From NCBI GenBank assembly GCA_965223705.1, contig OZ245015.1:3648001-3712000 (forward strand): 64,000 nt of DNA. Direction: 5' to 3'. Both the position numbers and the translations under genes were made by a program. Of the stretch, positions 1 to 9,482 are shown one piece after another. This DNA comes from Myxococcota bacterium (GTDB lineage: Bacteria; Myxococcota_A; UBA9160; UBA6930). Below the pieces are notes generated by a model. The model worked only from the letters and a program-made list of their open reading frames with translations. It searched no databases and had not been told where the DNA came from. Positions within the stretch are counted from its first letter, which is position 1. Each line of letters begins with the position of its first letter.

Positions 1-220
1 GTTGGTCCCGAGAAGAGGTGGATCAGCGGCTCGTGAAGATCATGGCCGAGATTCACACCCGCTGCGTCGAACACGGGCGCTCGTGAAGATCATGGCCGAG
101 ATTCACACCCGCTGCGTCGAACACGGGCGCCAAAACGGACGGGTCAATTACATCGATGGCGCCAACATCGCCGGCTTTCTCAAAGTCGCTGATGCCATGC
201 TCGCGTATGGAGTGGTCTAG
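1..220 (+). CDS. gdhA: C-terminus of NAD(P)-specific glutamate dehydrogenase, interrupted by a 50-bp tandem duplication
   Basis: WSREEVDQRL..IM..IH and NYIDGANIAGFLKVADAMLAYGVV are typical GdhA C-terminal motifs; 31-80 is identical to 81-130. Confidence 0.85.
   Translation, partial: LVPRRGGSAAREDHGRDSHPLRRTRALVKIMAEIHTRCVEHGRQNGRVNYIDGANIAGFLKVADAMLAYGVV
31..130. repeat. Exact 50-bp tandem duplication
   Basis: tcgtgaagat...acacgggcgc occurs twice back to back. Confidence 0.97.
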
Positions 221-309
221 AGCACCTAGTTCGTATCTCGACAGTAGTTACTCCCGATCTCTGCGCTGGTTACGTACCGCTGCGTAATGCGATTGCACGT
301 CACCTCGCT

Positions 310-684
310 GTGTCTCGCGGTGTCAACGCTGGGCCGGAGCAAGTGTTCACAACCGCGGGTGCCGCCCAATCGATCCTTTTGGCTTCAAGGGTTCTGCCCC
401 AACCTGGCGATCTCGCATGGATGGAAAACCCGGGCTGTCCCGTCGCGGGCGCGGCCCTTCGATTCGCCGGGCTACGCACAACGGAAGTTCCTGTAGACCG
501 GGAGGGATTGAACCCGAGCGTTTCGCTCGAACTGCCCAAAGCGAGGCTCGTCTACACAACCACCTCTTACCAATACCCGCTTGGCTTTACGATGTCGATC
601 AAGCGTCGGCTGGATCTACTCGACCGCGCTACCTCCATGCGAGCCTGGATCATCGAGGACGACTACGACGTCGCGTTCCGCTAG
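310..684 (+). pseudogene. Internal fragment of a MocR/GabR-family PLP-dependent regulator
   Basis: QVFTTAGAAQS, WMENPG, YQYPLGFTMS and WIIEDDYD motifs; lacks the HTH and the C-terminus. Confidence 0.75.
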
Positions 685-896
685 CAGGGGCAGCCCTGTG
701 CCCGCGTTCTGCCCCGAGGCGGGCATCCAGGGAGTGCACTCGACCGAGCGTTATTGATCTCGGCCCCTCGTATATAGGGAGTCCCAGCTGCCTACCAAGC
801 AGAGATTCGCTGCTTTTTCGAAACCGGCCCGGCGATGTCGCGAGAACCAGCAGCAAAACCCTGCTCTTCGCCTGAATCATCTGACGTGTCGGCGGC

Positions 897-1199
897 TTAC
901 CCGGCGAAGGTGCGTCTCAGTCGCGCACCAGAAGCGCCTGCACTTATTAGGCGCGGGGCTACAGGGCTGTTCGCATCACTCCAGCGGATGAAATCGAAGG
1001 CCAGGTCGATCCCACCGCCGAGATGATCCCGCGTGGCGATCCGGCCTCTCCCGCGAAGGGCGCGCGCTCCGAACAACGCGTCGTTGACCCGCGCTACCCA
1101 GGATTCGGCCGAGTCATCGTCGCTCGTCACCTCCGCGGGCAGGGCCTGGGGCGCGGCGATCAACGACAAAAAGATGACCAACACGGGCAGTCGTAGCAT
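897..1199 (-). pseudogene. Secreted protein, probably truncated (outer-membrane lipoprotein-sorting-like N-terminus)
   Basis: Signal peptide and GAGGAGG RBS; sequence degenerates after about 75 aa. Confidence 0.35.
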
Positions 1200-1313
1200 A
1201 GATATGCCTCCTCAACGTAAACCTGAAGACGAACCCGGTCGTCAGCCGGCGAACTCTCAGACAGACCTTCCCTTCGGTGGAACGAAGAGCTCGGGCTACG
1301 GATGCGCGCTCCG

Positions 1314-2114
1314 CTAGTTAGGAAGGATGATCTCCACGCGCCGGTTTTGCTGTCGACCCGCCGGCGTGTCGTTGGACGCAACGGGAGCGCTTTCGCCCCA
1401 GCCGCGCGTGGTCACCCGGTCGGGCTGCACCCCGCGGCGCACGAGATAGTTGGCTACCGCGTCGGCGCGCCGACGGGAAAGCGATCGGTTGTAGGCCCCG
1501 CTTCCGAGCCCGTCCGTGTGTCCTTCGACGAGCACGCGTTGCTCCGGCCGCTCGGCGAGGACATGGGCCACGCGATCGAGAACCCGCTGCCCACCAGGCT
1601 TGAGTGCGGCTTCGTCGAGGGGGAAGAGAATGTCGCTCAGGGTGAGGACCAGACCGCGATCGGTTTTCTGGCTCCGCAACGCCTCGAGTTCACCCTCGAG
1701 CTCCACGAGACGCTGCTCGGCCGTCAGCGCTCGTACTCGCTCGGACTCCACCTCTCGGGACCTCGCGTCGAGCCGTATGCGGTCCCTCCGATCTCCCAAC
1801 ATCCCCAGCGAAGCCCGCAACATCGAGCGATCGGCGGCGGCGCGTGCGACTTCGAGCTTGCGATCGACGAGGTATGCCAGATGCTCGAGTTCCTTTTCGG
1901 ACGCGCCGGCCCGCTCCGCCCGCTCGAGGCGATCGAGCGCACGTTTCGCCTCGTAGACCGCGACCTCTGCGTGCTCTTCCGTCTTCGGGTCGTTCTCGGT
2001 CGCGGCTACGCGCTGACGGGCATCGACCACGATGGGGTTCGGACCGGAGGCGCAACCGGCCGCTAGGGTCAGGATCGCCACCGCGGCGATGGCGATTCTA
2101 TTGGGGCGAATCAT
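1314..2114 (-). CDS. OmpA-family lipoprotein with N-terminal DUF4398-like coiled coil
   Basis: Lipobox AAGC; VEGHTD, NRSLSRRRA and GRQQNRRVEI OmpA motifs. Confidence 0.92.
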   Translation of the reverse strand: MIRPNRIAIAAVAILTLAAGCASGPNPIVVDARQRVAATENDPKTEEHAEVAVYEAKRALDRLERAERAGASEKELEHLAYLVDRKLEVARAAADRSMLRASLGMLGDRRDRIRLDARSREVESERVRALTAEQRLVELEGELEALRSQKTDRGLVLTLSDILFPLDEAALKPGGQRVLDRVAHVLAERPEQRVLVEGHTDGLGSGAYNRSLSRRRADAVANYLVRRGVQPDRVTTRGWGESAPVASNDTPAGRQQNRRVEIILPN

Positions 2115-2481
2115 GAGTGATCTCTCCTTCGAGGGCTCGCACCGTCTCTTCGAGCTCGGTCACCGCCTCTCGCATGTGTTCCCGCTCGGCCTCCGCAGAC
2201 GCCAATTCCGCATCAGCCCGCGCCTTCTCAGCGTGGCGCCGGGCCTCGTCATAGCGTTCATCTCGAGCCGCCTGTTTGGCGCGCTGGAGGTGGTCTTCCG
2301 CTTTGCGCAGCGGTAGCGGCGCCGCGTCTGCCGCGCCGTCCTGCCGCGCCGTGCGAATCTGCGCCTCGGCACGAGCCAAGGCCTCGTCCGGCGGAGGCGT
2401 CGATGCGCAGGCGCCGAGAAACATGACCACTACACTGGCGATCACGGGTGTCCACAACTTCCACGAACCATTCGGTCTCAT
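2098..2481 (-). CDS. DUF4398-family lipoprotein
   Basis: Lipobox LGAC, Ala-rich helix (AEKARADAELA); start overlaps the sortase stop; usual partner of the OmpA gene. Confidence 0.8.
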   Translation of the reverse strand: MRPNGSWKLWTPVIASVVVMFLGACASTPPPDEALARAEAQIRTARQDGAADAAPLPLRKAEDHLQRAKQAARDERYDEARRHAEKARADAELASAEAEREHMREAVTELEETVRALEGEITHDSPQ

Positions 2482-3182
2482 AATCTCTCCTCTGAGAAGA
2501 CCTCGCGGGCGCGCACGATGAAGCGCTGAGGCGCGCGTCCCACCCAGTAGAACGGATGACAAGTCACAAGGGTCAGCGTCGGAGATTCCGTCGGTTCGAG
2601 AACTTGAACAGCCTCGGGGTCGACGACGATCGTACGTTCGACGGCAAAGGTCCGGATCCGACCGGCGGTTTCGATGGTGAAGCGATCTCCCTCGCGAACG
2701 TGGCGTAGCGCTCGAAAGAAGCCGTCCCGGTGACCGGCGATTCCGATGTTCCCGGTCGAGGAAGTGAGGGGTGCCGTTCCCTCGATGCGACCCACGCCTC
2801 GGTTCAGGGACCACTCCCCGGTCCCCTCGAGGATGAGCGCGTCGATTCGCCCGTCAGCGCTCCGTAGGATGCCACCTCGGGGCGACGCGTCGCTGCGGTC
2901 GAGGGAACGGCGAAAGCGATCGATGCGACTGGGAGACCACTCGCTCATGTCTGTTGCGTCCGGGGGGTCGGTCCTTCGAACCGTGGGGTTCGGGACGGAG
3001 TCGATCGAATCTGCCCACGCCGGCTGCGGGGCACGAAACACCGCCTCGAGTCGAGACCGCTCCGCGAAGCCGACGAGTCGCGGAACGCCGTATCCGAACA
3101 ATGCGAGCAAGGATGCAGCGGCTGCCACAAGCCAAGCAGCTCGCTCGATAGACGCGACTAGAGACCCGACGCCGGAACGCAT
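2478..3182 (-). CDS. Class D-like sortase (start uncertain)
   Basis: N-terminal TM segment; catalytic AGHRD, LTLVTC and downstream Arg. Confidence 0.92.
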   Translation of the reverse strand: MRSGVGSLVASIERAAWLVAAAASLLALFGYGVPRLVGFAERSRLEAVFRAPQPAWADSIDSVPNPTVRRTDPPDATDMSEWSPSRIDRFRRSLDRSDASPRGGILRSADGRIDALILEGTGEWSLNRGVGRIEGTAPLTSSTGNIGIAGHRDGFFRALRHVREGDRFTIETAGRIRTFAVERTIVVDPEAVQVLEPTESPTLTLVTCHPFYWVGRAPQRFIVRAREVFSEERL

Positions 3183-3194
3183 GGCCGGAAGCAC

Positions 3195-3210
3195 TGCAGT
3201 TCTCGTGCCC
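3195..3210 (-). promoter_or_regulatory. sigma54 -24/-12 promoter (sortase operon)
   Basis: GGGCACG-AGAA-CTGCA. Confidence 0.6.
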
Positions 3211-3218
3211 GCCCACGG

Positions 3219-3234
3219 CGGCACGCAATTTGCG
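3219..3234 (+). promoter_or_regulatory. sigma54 -24/-12 promoter (LPDTA protein/encapsulin operon)
   Basis: CGGCACG-CAAT-TTGCG. Confidence 0.7.
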
Positions 3235-3295
3235 TTTGCCCCTCTCAAAACGCTGCGGCTGCCTCGCCGGTGGTCGCCGCGCAATGGAGGTCGCT

Positions 3296-3904
3296 TTGAA
3301 ATTTGTAGCTTTTGCAAGCCTGTTGGCATTCCTGACAAGCGCCCAGGCTTTCGGGCAGGCAGTGCCGAGTTCGCGCACCTTGGTGGGCGAGGTCAGCAAG
3401 ATCGATCACGGTACCCGCGAGGTACATCTATTGACCGAGGCGGGCGAGCTCGAAGTGGACTACGCCATCGTCACCCGCTTCGCGGAAGAGAACAAGGGGC
3501 TTATCGGCCGCGATTCCCTCGAGGTCGGGGACGCCGTGCGCGTCATCTTTTTGAACGAGCCCGACGCGGTGAACTCCACCGTCCAGTTCGTCAAGGTACT
3601 CGGCAAGGACGATCCCGCGTATCGCGACTTCGTTTCGAAGAAAGATACGATCGATCGCTCGGAGGTGATCTCCGTTGCCATCACACGAATTGCCCCGCGC
3701 AACACGCCTCCGCCGCGGGATCTCGCCCGGAACAGCGATCCCATCAGCAAACATCGGACGACGAGCGAACGCCGCCGTTCGGAGCAGCAAGGGACGGCTG
3801 CGCGCCTTCCCGACACCGCAAGCGTTCTCCCGCTGCTCGTAAGCGTCGCCTTCGGTTCCGCAGCGGTCGCCGGATCACTTCGCATCGCGCGAAAGCGACG
3901 TTAG
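3296..3904 (+). CDS. Secreted sortase substrate with LPDTA sorting signal
   Basis: GGAGG + TTG start, signal peptide; C-terminal LPDTA, hydrophobic stretch, RKRR; divergent from the sortase. Confidence 0.85.
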   Translation: MKFVAFASLLAFLTSAQAFGQAVPSSRTLVGEVSKIDHGTREVHLLTEAGELEVDYAIVTRFAEENKGLIGRDSLEVGDAVRVIFLNEPDAVNSTVQFVKVLGKDDPAYRDFVSKKDTIDRSEVISVAITRIAPRNTPPPRDLARNSDPISKHRTTSERRRSEQQGTAARLPDTASVLPLLVSVAFGSAAVAGSLRIARKRR

Positions 3905-3908
3905 CCGG

Positions 3909-4253
3909 ATGGCTGGAACGATTCACGAGCCTCGCGAGCGACTCCGCGAGGAAACGATTGAGATGCATCGCGCGATCGCTTCGCTGATCGAGGAACTCGA
4001 AGCGGTCGACTGGTACGCACAACGGGTGGACGCGAGCGAGGACGCCGAGCTCGCTCGCATCCTCGCCCACAACCGAGACGAAGAAAAGGAGCATGCTTGT
4101 ATGACCCTCGAGTGGATTCGCCGCCGAGATCCGACATTCGACGGGTTTCTGAAGAAGTTTCTCTGGAGCGAGGAGTCAATCGTCGGTGCAGAGCACGCGG
4201 ATAGAGCGCCTGCCGAGGGGGATCTCGGCATTGGCGCGCTGGATCGGAGATAG
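3909..4253 (+). CDS. Encapsulin-associated ferritin-like protein (Flp/EncFtn cargo)
   Basis: EELEAVDWYAQR and HNRDEEKEHA motifs; C-terminal targeting peptide DLGIGAL. Confidence 0.95.
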   Translation: MAGTIHEPRERLREETIEMHRAIASLIEELEAVDWYAQRVDASEDAELARILAHNRDEEKEHACMTLEWIRRRDPTFDGFLKKFLWSEESIVGAEHADRAPAEGDLGIGALDRR

Positions 4254-4255
4254 TC

Positions 4256-5077
4256 ATGGCACTTCACCGCGATCTGGCGCCGATCTCCGACAAGGCGTGG
4301 AAAGAGATCGATGAAGAGGCCCGCAGGGTGCTGGAGCTCCATCTAGCGGCTCGTCGGATGATGGATTTCGAGGGTCCACTCGGCTGGGAGTTCTCCTCGG
4401 TGGATCTCGGTCGATCCGAGCCGTTGGAAGGTGGGCCGGAAGACGCCGCACGGCTGCGTCGGCGGCGGGTGCGCTCGCTGGTGGAGCTGCGGGTCAGTTT
4501 TTCCCTTGAACGCAACGAGATCGAGCGGATCGACCGCGGAGCCGGCGACCCCGATCTCCGCCCTTTGACCGAAGCAGCCAAACGCTTTGCGGCCGCCGAA
4601 GACGTGGCGCTTTTCGAGGGCTACGCCGACGCGGACGTTCCCGGCCTCGTCACCGACGCCGGTTGTTCCGGAGTAGCGCTCCCCGATTCGGGGGAGGGAT
4701 TACCGGCCGCCGTCGTCGAAGGGCTCGAACAACTTCGCAGTGAGGGCGTCTCGGGCCCCTACGCGTTGGCTCTCTCGCCCGCGCACTACGGCGAACTCGC
4801 CCGCGCAACGGTCGACGGGGGCCAGCCCGTGCTCGATCACACCGAGCGCCTTCTCGAGGGTCCGGTCCTTTGGGCACCCCACCTGCTCGGCGGGCTGATC
4901 GTGAGCCGTCGCGGGGGCGATCTGCGTTTCGTTTGTGGCCGAGATGCGTCGATCGGCTACGAAGCCCACGACAGCTCGGAAGTTCGGCTCTATCTCGAAG
5001 AGAGCTTCACCGCCGTGCTCGATGGACCTGAGGTGCTCTGTCCGCTGTTGCCTTCAGTTCCCGACACGGACGCGTAG
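4256..5077 (+). CDS. Family 1 encapsulin shell protein (linocin M18)
   Basis: LHRDLAPISDKAWKEIDEEA, GPLGW, GPYALAL and SIGY..H...V.LYLEESFT motifs. Confidence 0.95.
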   Translation: MALHRDLAPISDKAWKEIDEEARRVLELHLAARRMMDFEGPLGWEFSSVDLGRSEPLEGGPEDAARLRRRRVRSLVELRVSFSLERNEIERIDRGAGDPDLRPLTEAAKRFAAAEDVALFEGYADADVPGLVTDAGCSGVALPDSGEGLPAAVVEGLEQLRSEGVSGPYALALSPAHYGELARATVDGGQPVLDHTERLLEGPVLWAPHLLGGLIVSRRGGDLRFVCGRDASIGYEAHDSSEVRLYLEESFTAVLDGPEVLCPLLPSVPDTDA

Positions 5078-5088
5078 CGGCTGCGGCT

Positions 5089-5439
5089 TCAGGCCGCCCG
5101 AATGAGCGCGGCGAGCTGACGAACCGACACCGGTTTCTCGAGGATCGCCGTGACGTCGAGCGCGAGCGCAGCCGCTTGGACGTTCGGCTCCAAAGCGCCC
5201 GTCACCAGGATGACTGGGAGGTAGGAGTGGCTCTGCCGGAGATGGGCTAGAAGATCGACGCCGTTGGGTCCCGGGCCGAGATCGATGTCGGAAATCACGG
5301 CGCCATGAACCAGGGTTCTCGTCGCCTCTACAGCGTCGGAGTAGTTCTGGATCTCTTCGACCTCGAACCCGCGCTTCCGGAAACCATAAGCCAGTGCAGC
5401 TAGGAAATCGGGGTCATCATCCACGATTAAGAGTTTCAG
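5089..5439 (-). CDS. Single-domain response regulator (probable CTG start)
   Basis: KLLIVDDD, ISDIDL, ILVTG and LEKP motifs; GGAGAG RBS before the CTG. Confidence 0.85.
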   Translation of the reverse strand: MKLLIVDDDPDFLAALAYGFRKRGFEVEEIQNYSDAVEATRTLVHGAVISDIDLGPGPNGVDLLAHLRQSHSYLPVILVTGALEPNVQAAALALDVTAILEKPVSVRQLAALIRAA

Positions 5440-5472
5440 TGAATCTCTCCGTCCGGCGTTTTGGTCGAAGTT

Positions 5473-5488
5473 TGCAAGTGCTATGCCG
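5473..5488 (-). promoter_or_regulatory. sigma54 -24/-12 promoter
   Basis: CGGCATA-GCAC-TTGCA. Confidence 0.7.
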
Positions 5489-5520
5489 GGCCGCGCGCCT
5501 GACCCTCGGTTGTTCTCGCT

Positions 5521-7848
5521 CTAACCCTCGCACACGTCAGCCGGGTTCGTCTTGGATTCATTTTCCTTTCCCTCTGCTTCGGCTTCTCCTTTTTTCTCGA
5601 GAGGGACGGACTCTTTCTCGTGTAGGCCGACCGATCGCGCTGCACCGACTACGCACGCGATGGGAAGCTCGGACAGGATCATCTCGAGAGGACCTCCGAA
5701 AGGGCCGACCACTTTCATGCCCTCGAGTCCCATTCGAAAAAACACCAGCGAACTGTCTTTCGAATACTCGATCAGGTTCGCGGAATCAGCGTCGGGAACC
5801 ATGACAATCGAGGCGTCGATACGCGCCTCATCGAGGACGACTTGGAGGCTTCGCTGGGTTTTTTCATCCTGATCCGGTGAGCACGGAGCCAGTACGCGAA
5901 TCGTCGCATCCTCCCAATTCTCTGATCGGGTCATTAGATACGCGAGGAGCAGAGACAAACGGCAGGACGAATCCTCCCACCACCACACATCGATCCTGCG
6001 TTCTTCGGACGCAAGCGATTCGACGGCTCGGAACTCACGTCCAGTCACATCGAAGATCAACACATGACAGCCGAGTCGCAGTACTGAACGCAGTTGACGT
6101 CCGTAGCGAAGCGGATTCGCACCTTCCGCATCCCTCGGTAAGTGCTCCCACCAGTCGAGGAGCACCGTGTTCGCGCGCACGGGGCCAATTCCCCAGGTCT
6201 GCAGGAGCGTGCTCACCGCCACTCGGAGATCGGGCGCCGCCAAGGTGAGCGGAAACGCATCGAGGCCCTGCGACTCGATCTCTTCTCGGAGTTCGCCGGC
6301 CAAAGCCTCGCACGCTTCTCGACTGGTTTCGAAATCGCCCTCGCCGCGGACGACGCCGACGCTTGTCGCGAGCCCCGATGTCCCGGATAGAGCGACACCA
6401 AAACGAGTCAATAGATCGCGACGCTCCGCATTCTCTCCAAAGATCAGGATGTTCGGTTGCCAACCCCAATCGTGGTTCGGCAAGCGGTCAATCTCTCGAA
6501 CGGTTTGCTTCAGTTTTCTGAAGTTGTGTGCCGGACGGCTGTCCACCCAGCCCACGGGAAGATCCCGAGACCGCAGATAGAAGTAGAGGGTTGTCATCAC
6601 AACGATCGCGCTCGCTCCCGCCCAGGGGTCGATGGCCAACATCGAGATTGCACAGAGCGCAGCACCCAGCAGGGACAGCCGTTTGTCAAAAAAGCGAAAG
6701 CGCGGTCGGAAAGCCGGGCTCGCGCCGTGAGCCTCGAAGTAGGTGGCGTAGTTCAACAGCCCATAGGAGATCAGGAAGAACATCGAAATCAGGCTCGCCA
6801 CCGCGTTCAGGTTGCCCGCCGCGAGGACGGCCAAAGCAATGAGGGCCGCCAGCAACACCGCTCTTCGTGGATTGTCCCTGCCTTCTGTGCCCGCGGCGAA
6901 GGGTCTCAGCAGGGGGAAAATCTGGTCTCGCGCCATCGCTTGGAGAATGCGCGGCGCTCCGAGGGCGGACGCGAGGGCAGAGGAGAGCGTCGCTGCGATG
7001 ACCCCGGCGTCGAACAGTACCGGAACGAAAGAGAAGTCCCGGAAGGCCTGGTAGTCGGCTGCGAGCTCGGCGGCGGGCGCTCCGGCTGCAAACAGGAGCG
7101 CGGCTGCCGTATAGACGAGGAGTGACACAGAGACCGCTGCGAAAGTGCCGCTCGGAAGACTCCGGCTCGGATCTTCCAGGTCTCCGGACATACTGACGCC
7201 CTGCGTGAAACCGGTCACCGCGGGAAAAAAGATGGCAAAGAGCGCCCAGAAGCTGACGCTCGCTTCTGGTGGCGCCCAATTGTTCGACAAGAGCTCGACC
7301 TCCGCTCGTCCAGCGGCCCCGATGAAGAACGACAGAAGTGCCGCACCCATCACGAACATGATCAAGAATTGAAAACGGGTCGCGAGGTCCGCCCCGACAT
7401 ACGCGATCACCAACAGGAACACCGCCGCGCCCGCCGCGATGTGCCTGGAGCTGGCATTCGGGGCAAGCTCGCCGAACATTGGCGCTAGAGCCTCGCCGAA
7501 GCCAAAGCAGTAGAACGCGATCGATACCGATTGGGCGAGGAAGAGAACGACCCCGAGTGCGCCTCCGAACTCGGGGCCGAGGCTGCGCGAGATCAAGAAG
7601 TAGTCGCCGCCACCCCTTACGCGCCGGTTGGTCGCGATCGCGGCCAGGGACAAGCTCGTCAGAACTGAGACTGCGTGCGCGAGGAAAATCAGAAGCAGAG
7701 CGCGGCTGAGCCCTGCGCTCCCTACGACCCAGCCATGGCGCAAGAACAGGATGATGCCGAGGATCGTAAGAACGCTCGGGGTAAAGACCCCGCCGAACGT
7801 GCCGAGTCCCCCTCCCTCCCTTTGGTTGCGCGCCCCTGAACCAGACAT
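5521..7848 (-). CDS. APC-superfamily permease, cation-chloride cotransporter (SLC12)-like
   Basis: GVFTPSVLTILGIILFLR, GGGDYFLISRSLGPEFGG and FFPAVTG motifs; large cytoplasmic C-terminal domain. Confidence 0.88.
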   Translation of the reverse strand: MSGSGARNQREGGGLGTFGGVFTPSVLTILGIILFLRHGWVVGSAGLSRALLLIFLAHAVSVLTSLSLAAIATNRRVRGGGDYFLISRSLGPEFGGALGVVLFLAQSVSIAFYCFGFGEALAPMFGELAPNASSRHIAAGAAVFLLVIAYVGADLATRFQFLIMFVMGAALLSFFIGAAGRAEVELLSNNWAPPEASVSFWALFAIFFPAVTGFTQGVSMSGDLEDPSRSLPSGTFAAVSVSLLVYTAAALLFAAGAPAAELAADYQAFRDFSFVPVLFDAGVIAATLSSALASALGAPRILQAMARDQIFPLLRPFAAGTEGRDNPRRAVLLAALIALAVLAAGNLNAVASLISMFFLISYGLLNYATYFEAHGASPAFRPRFRFFDKRLSLLGAALCAISMLAIDPWAGASAIVVMTTLYFYLRSRDLPVGWVDSRPAHNFRKLKQTVREIDRLPNHDWGWQPNILIFGENAERRDLLTRFGVALSGTSGLATSVGVVRGEGDFETSREACEALAGELREEIESQGLDAFPLTLAAPDLRVAVSTLLQTWGIGPVRANTVLLDWWEHLPRDAEGANPLRYGRQLRSVLRLGCHVLIFDVTGREFRAVESLASEERRIDVWWWEDSSCRLSLLLAYLMTRSENWEDATIRVLAPCSPDQDEKTQRSLQVVLDEARIDASIVMVPDADSANLIEYSKDSSLVFFRMGLEGMKVVGPFGGPLEMILSELPIACVVGAARSVGLHEKESVPLEKKGEAEAEGKENESKTNPADVCEG

Positions 7849-7897
7849 AGGGTTCCCCTATCCGGCACGCCGCGCGCCGAAATCGCCGATCGTTCGC

Positions 7898-7913
7898 TGC
7901 AAGTCGTGGGCCG
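7898..7913 (-). promoter_or_regulatory. Probable sigma54 promoter
   Basis: CGGCCCA-CGAC-TTGCA. Confidence 0.5.
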
Positions 7914-8027
7914 AAGGCGATTTCGGTAGAGGGGTTACCTCGATGGACCAACGCTCGTCGTTCTTACGAAAGAGCTGTAAGCGGTACACATCTTCGTAGA
8001 TTTTCCTCTCCCTCACGCGCCTTCATC

Positions 8028-8043
8028 GGGCATGCGAATTGCT
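8028..8043 (+). promoter_or_regulatory. sigma54 -24/-12 promoter
   Basis: GGGCATG-CGAA-TTGCT. Confidence 0.7.
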
Positions 8044-8080
8044 TAGTGCTCTCTCATCTATCCAGGAAGAGGAGCACGGG

Positions 8081-9316
8081 ATGCCTGAAATCGTTGAAAA
8101 AGCGTCGATCGCCGAGTTGAGGAGGAGACCGGAAATCAGCTGGGGAGCCGTGTTCGGCGGCTTCTTTTTTGTCATCGCGATGGGCTGGTTGTTGGTCCTT
8201 TTGGGCTCCGCTCTGGGAGCATCGATTCTCGATGCCACAGACGCGGGCGCGATGGGTTCCGGGCTCGGCCTGGGAGCCATCTTGTGGACGTTGGTGAGCG
8301 CCCTGGTCTCCTACTTTCTCGGTGCCTTGTTGACGGCGCGCTTGGCCGCTCGTCCGGAGGCGTGGGCGGGAATGCTCCACGGCGTGACACTCTGGAGCTT
8401 CGCGAGTGTCGCTCTGCTCGTTCTCGGCTTCTTTGGAGTTGGGGGCGCACTGGAAACGGGTCAGGCGGTGATTCGGGGCACTGCTTCGGCGACAGCCTCC
8501 ATCGCGTCGACCGCGGTCGATGGAGCCCAGAGTCTCCGCGATGCAGCGGCTGCCGCCTCCGACTCCGAACTCGTGAACGAAGTGCAGGCGCGACTGAAGC
8601 GATGGGCGAGCCGGTCCGTCGCGTCGCTGGACGCGCCCGGGGGTGCCCAGGTGTCCGCTTCCGAGGTGCGGCAAGCCGCGCGAGAGATCGACCGCGACAC
8701 CTTGAATGATGCTGCGATCGCCCTCGTCAAGGGGAATCCGAACGGCGCGAAGGAGATTATCGCGCGAGATACCACGCTTTCGGAGGGCGAAGTCAGCGCG
8801 CTGGTCGAAGGTCTTTCTTCCCAGGTCGCGGCGATGAGCGAGCAGCTGCGAGACGAGACCCGAGTTGTGGAACGTGCGCGACAGGAGATCGACCGGCAGG
8901 TGACGGCGTTCTACAACAGCGCCAGTCGCACCGCCGGCCCGAGTGTCTCTTCCACGGAACTGAGAACGGCCGTGTCGGAACTCGACCGCGAAACCCTACG
9001 AGAAGCAGCCTTCGAGTTGGTAGCGGGCCGTCCCGAAAGCGCCAAGAACGTGCTCGCGGCGAATACCTCGCTCGACGAAGCGCAGATCGAGGCCGTGGTC
9101 GATGGCGTCGATCAAGAAGTGGAAGAGCGCATCCAAGAGTTCCGAGGTGAAGCCGAGCGCGTCATGGAGACCGCATCGGACTACGGACAGGCGGTGCTTT
9201 GGACCGCTTTCATCGCCGGAGCACTCGGACTGTGCGCCGCGATTTTTGGTGGGATGCTCGGCGCAGGCAGCGTTGAGCGCCTCTACGCCGTCAACGTTTC
9301 CCGCGAAGTGCGATAG
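8081..9316 (+). CDS. Membrane protein with internally duplicated helical soluble domain
   Basis: ISWGAVFGG motif, 3 TM segments plus a C-terminal TM; repeated DRxTL..AA..LV.G.P..AK unit. Confidence 0.75.
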   Translation: MPEIVEKASIAELRRRPEISWGAVFGGFFFVIAMGWLLVLLGSALGASILDATDAGAMGSGLGLGAILWTLVSALVSYFLGALLTARLAARPEAWAGMLHGVTLWSFASVALLVLGFFGVGGALETGQAVIRGTASATASIASTAVDGAQSLRDAAAAASDSELVNEVQARLKRWASRSVASLDAPGGAQVSASEVRQAAREIDRDTLNDAAIALVKGNPNGAKEIIARDTTLSEGEVSALVEGLSSQVAAMSEQLRDETRVVERARQEIDRQVTAFYNSASRTAGPSVSSTELRTAVSELDRETLREAAFELVAGRPESAKNVLAANTSLDEAQIEAVVDGVDQEVEERIQEFRGEAERVMETASDYGQAVLWTAFIAGALGLCAAIFGGMLGAGSVERLYAVNVSREVR

Positions 9317-9325
9317 GAGCTGCTT

Positions 9326-9460
9326 GTGCCTTACGGAATACTCGGCCTTGTACTGGTGATCATGATCGTCGCGGCGTTGCTCGGCAACGTCGCCATCGGT
9401 GGCGTGGGCGGCTTAGTCCTCCTCATCCTGCTGGTGCTATTGCTCACAGGACGAATTTAG
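9326..9460 (+). CDS. 44-aa membrane protein, DUF3309-like (not in ORF track)
   Basis: AGGAG + GTG; MPYGILGLVLVIMIVAALLGNVAIGGVGGLVLLILLVLLLTGRI. Confidence 0.7.
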   Translation: MPYGILGLVLVIMIVAALLGNVAIGGVGGLVLLILLVLLLTGRI

Positions 9461-9482
9461 GACGGGGTACAGGGAGGTCGAG

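Noticed and set aside
1195..1209. sigma54-like AGGCATATCTATGCT
   Set aside because: Spacing is one base short and it overlaps the RBS/start
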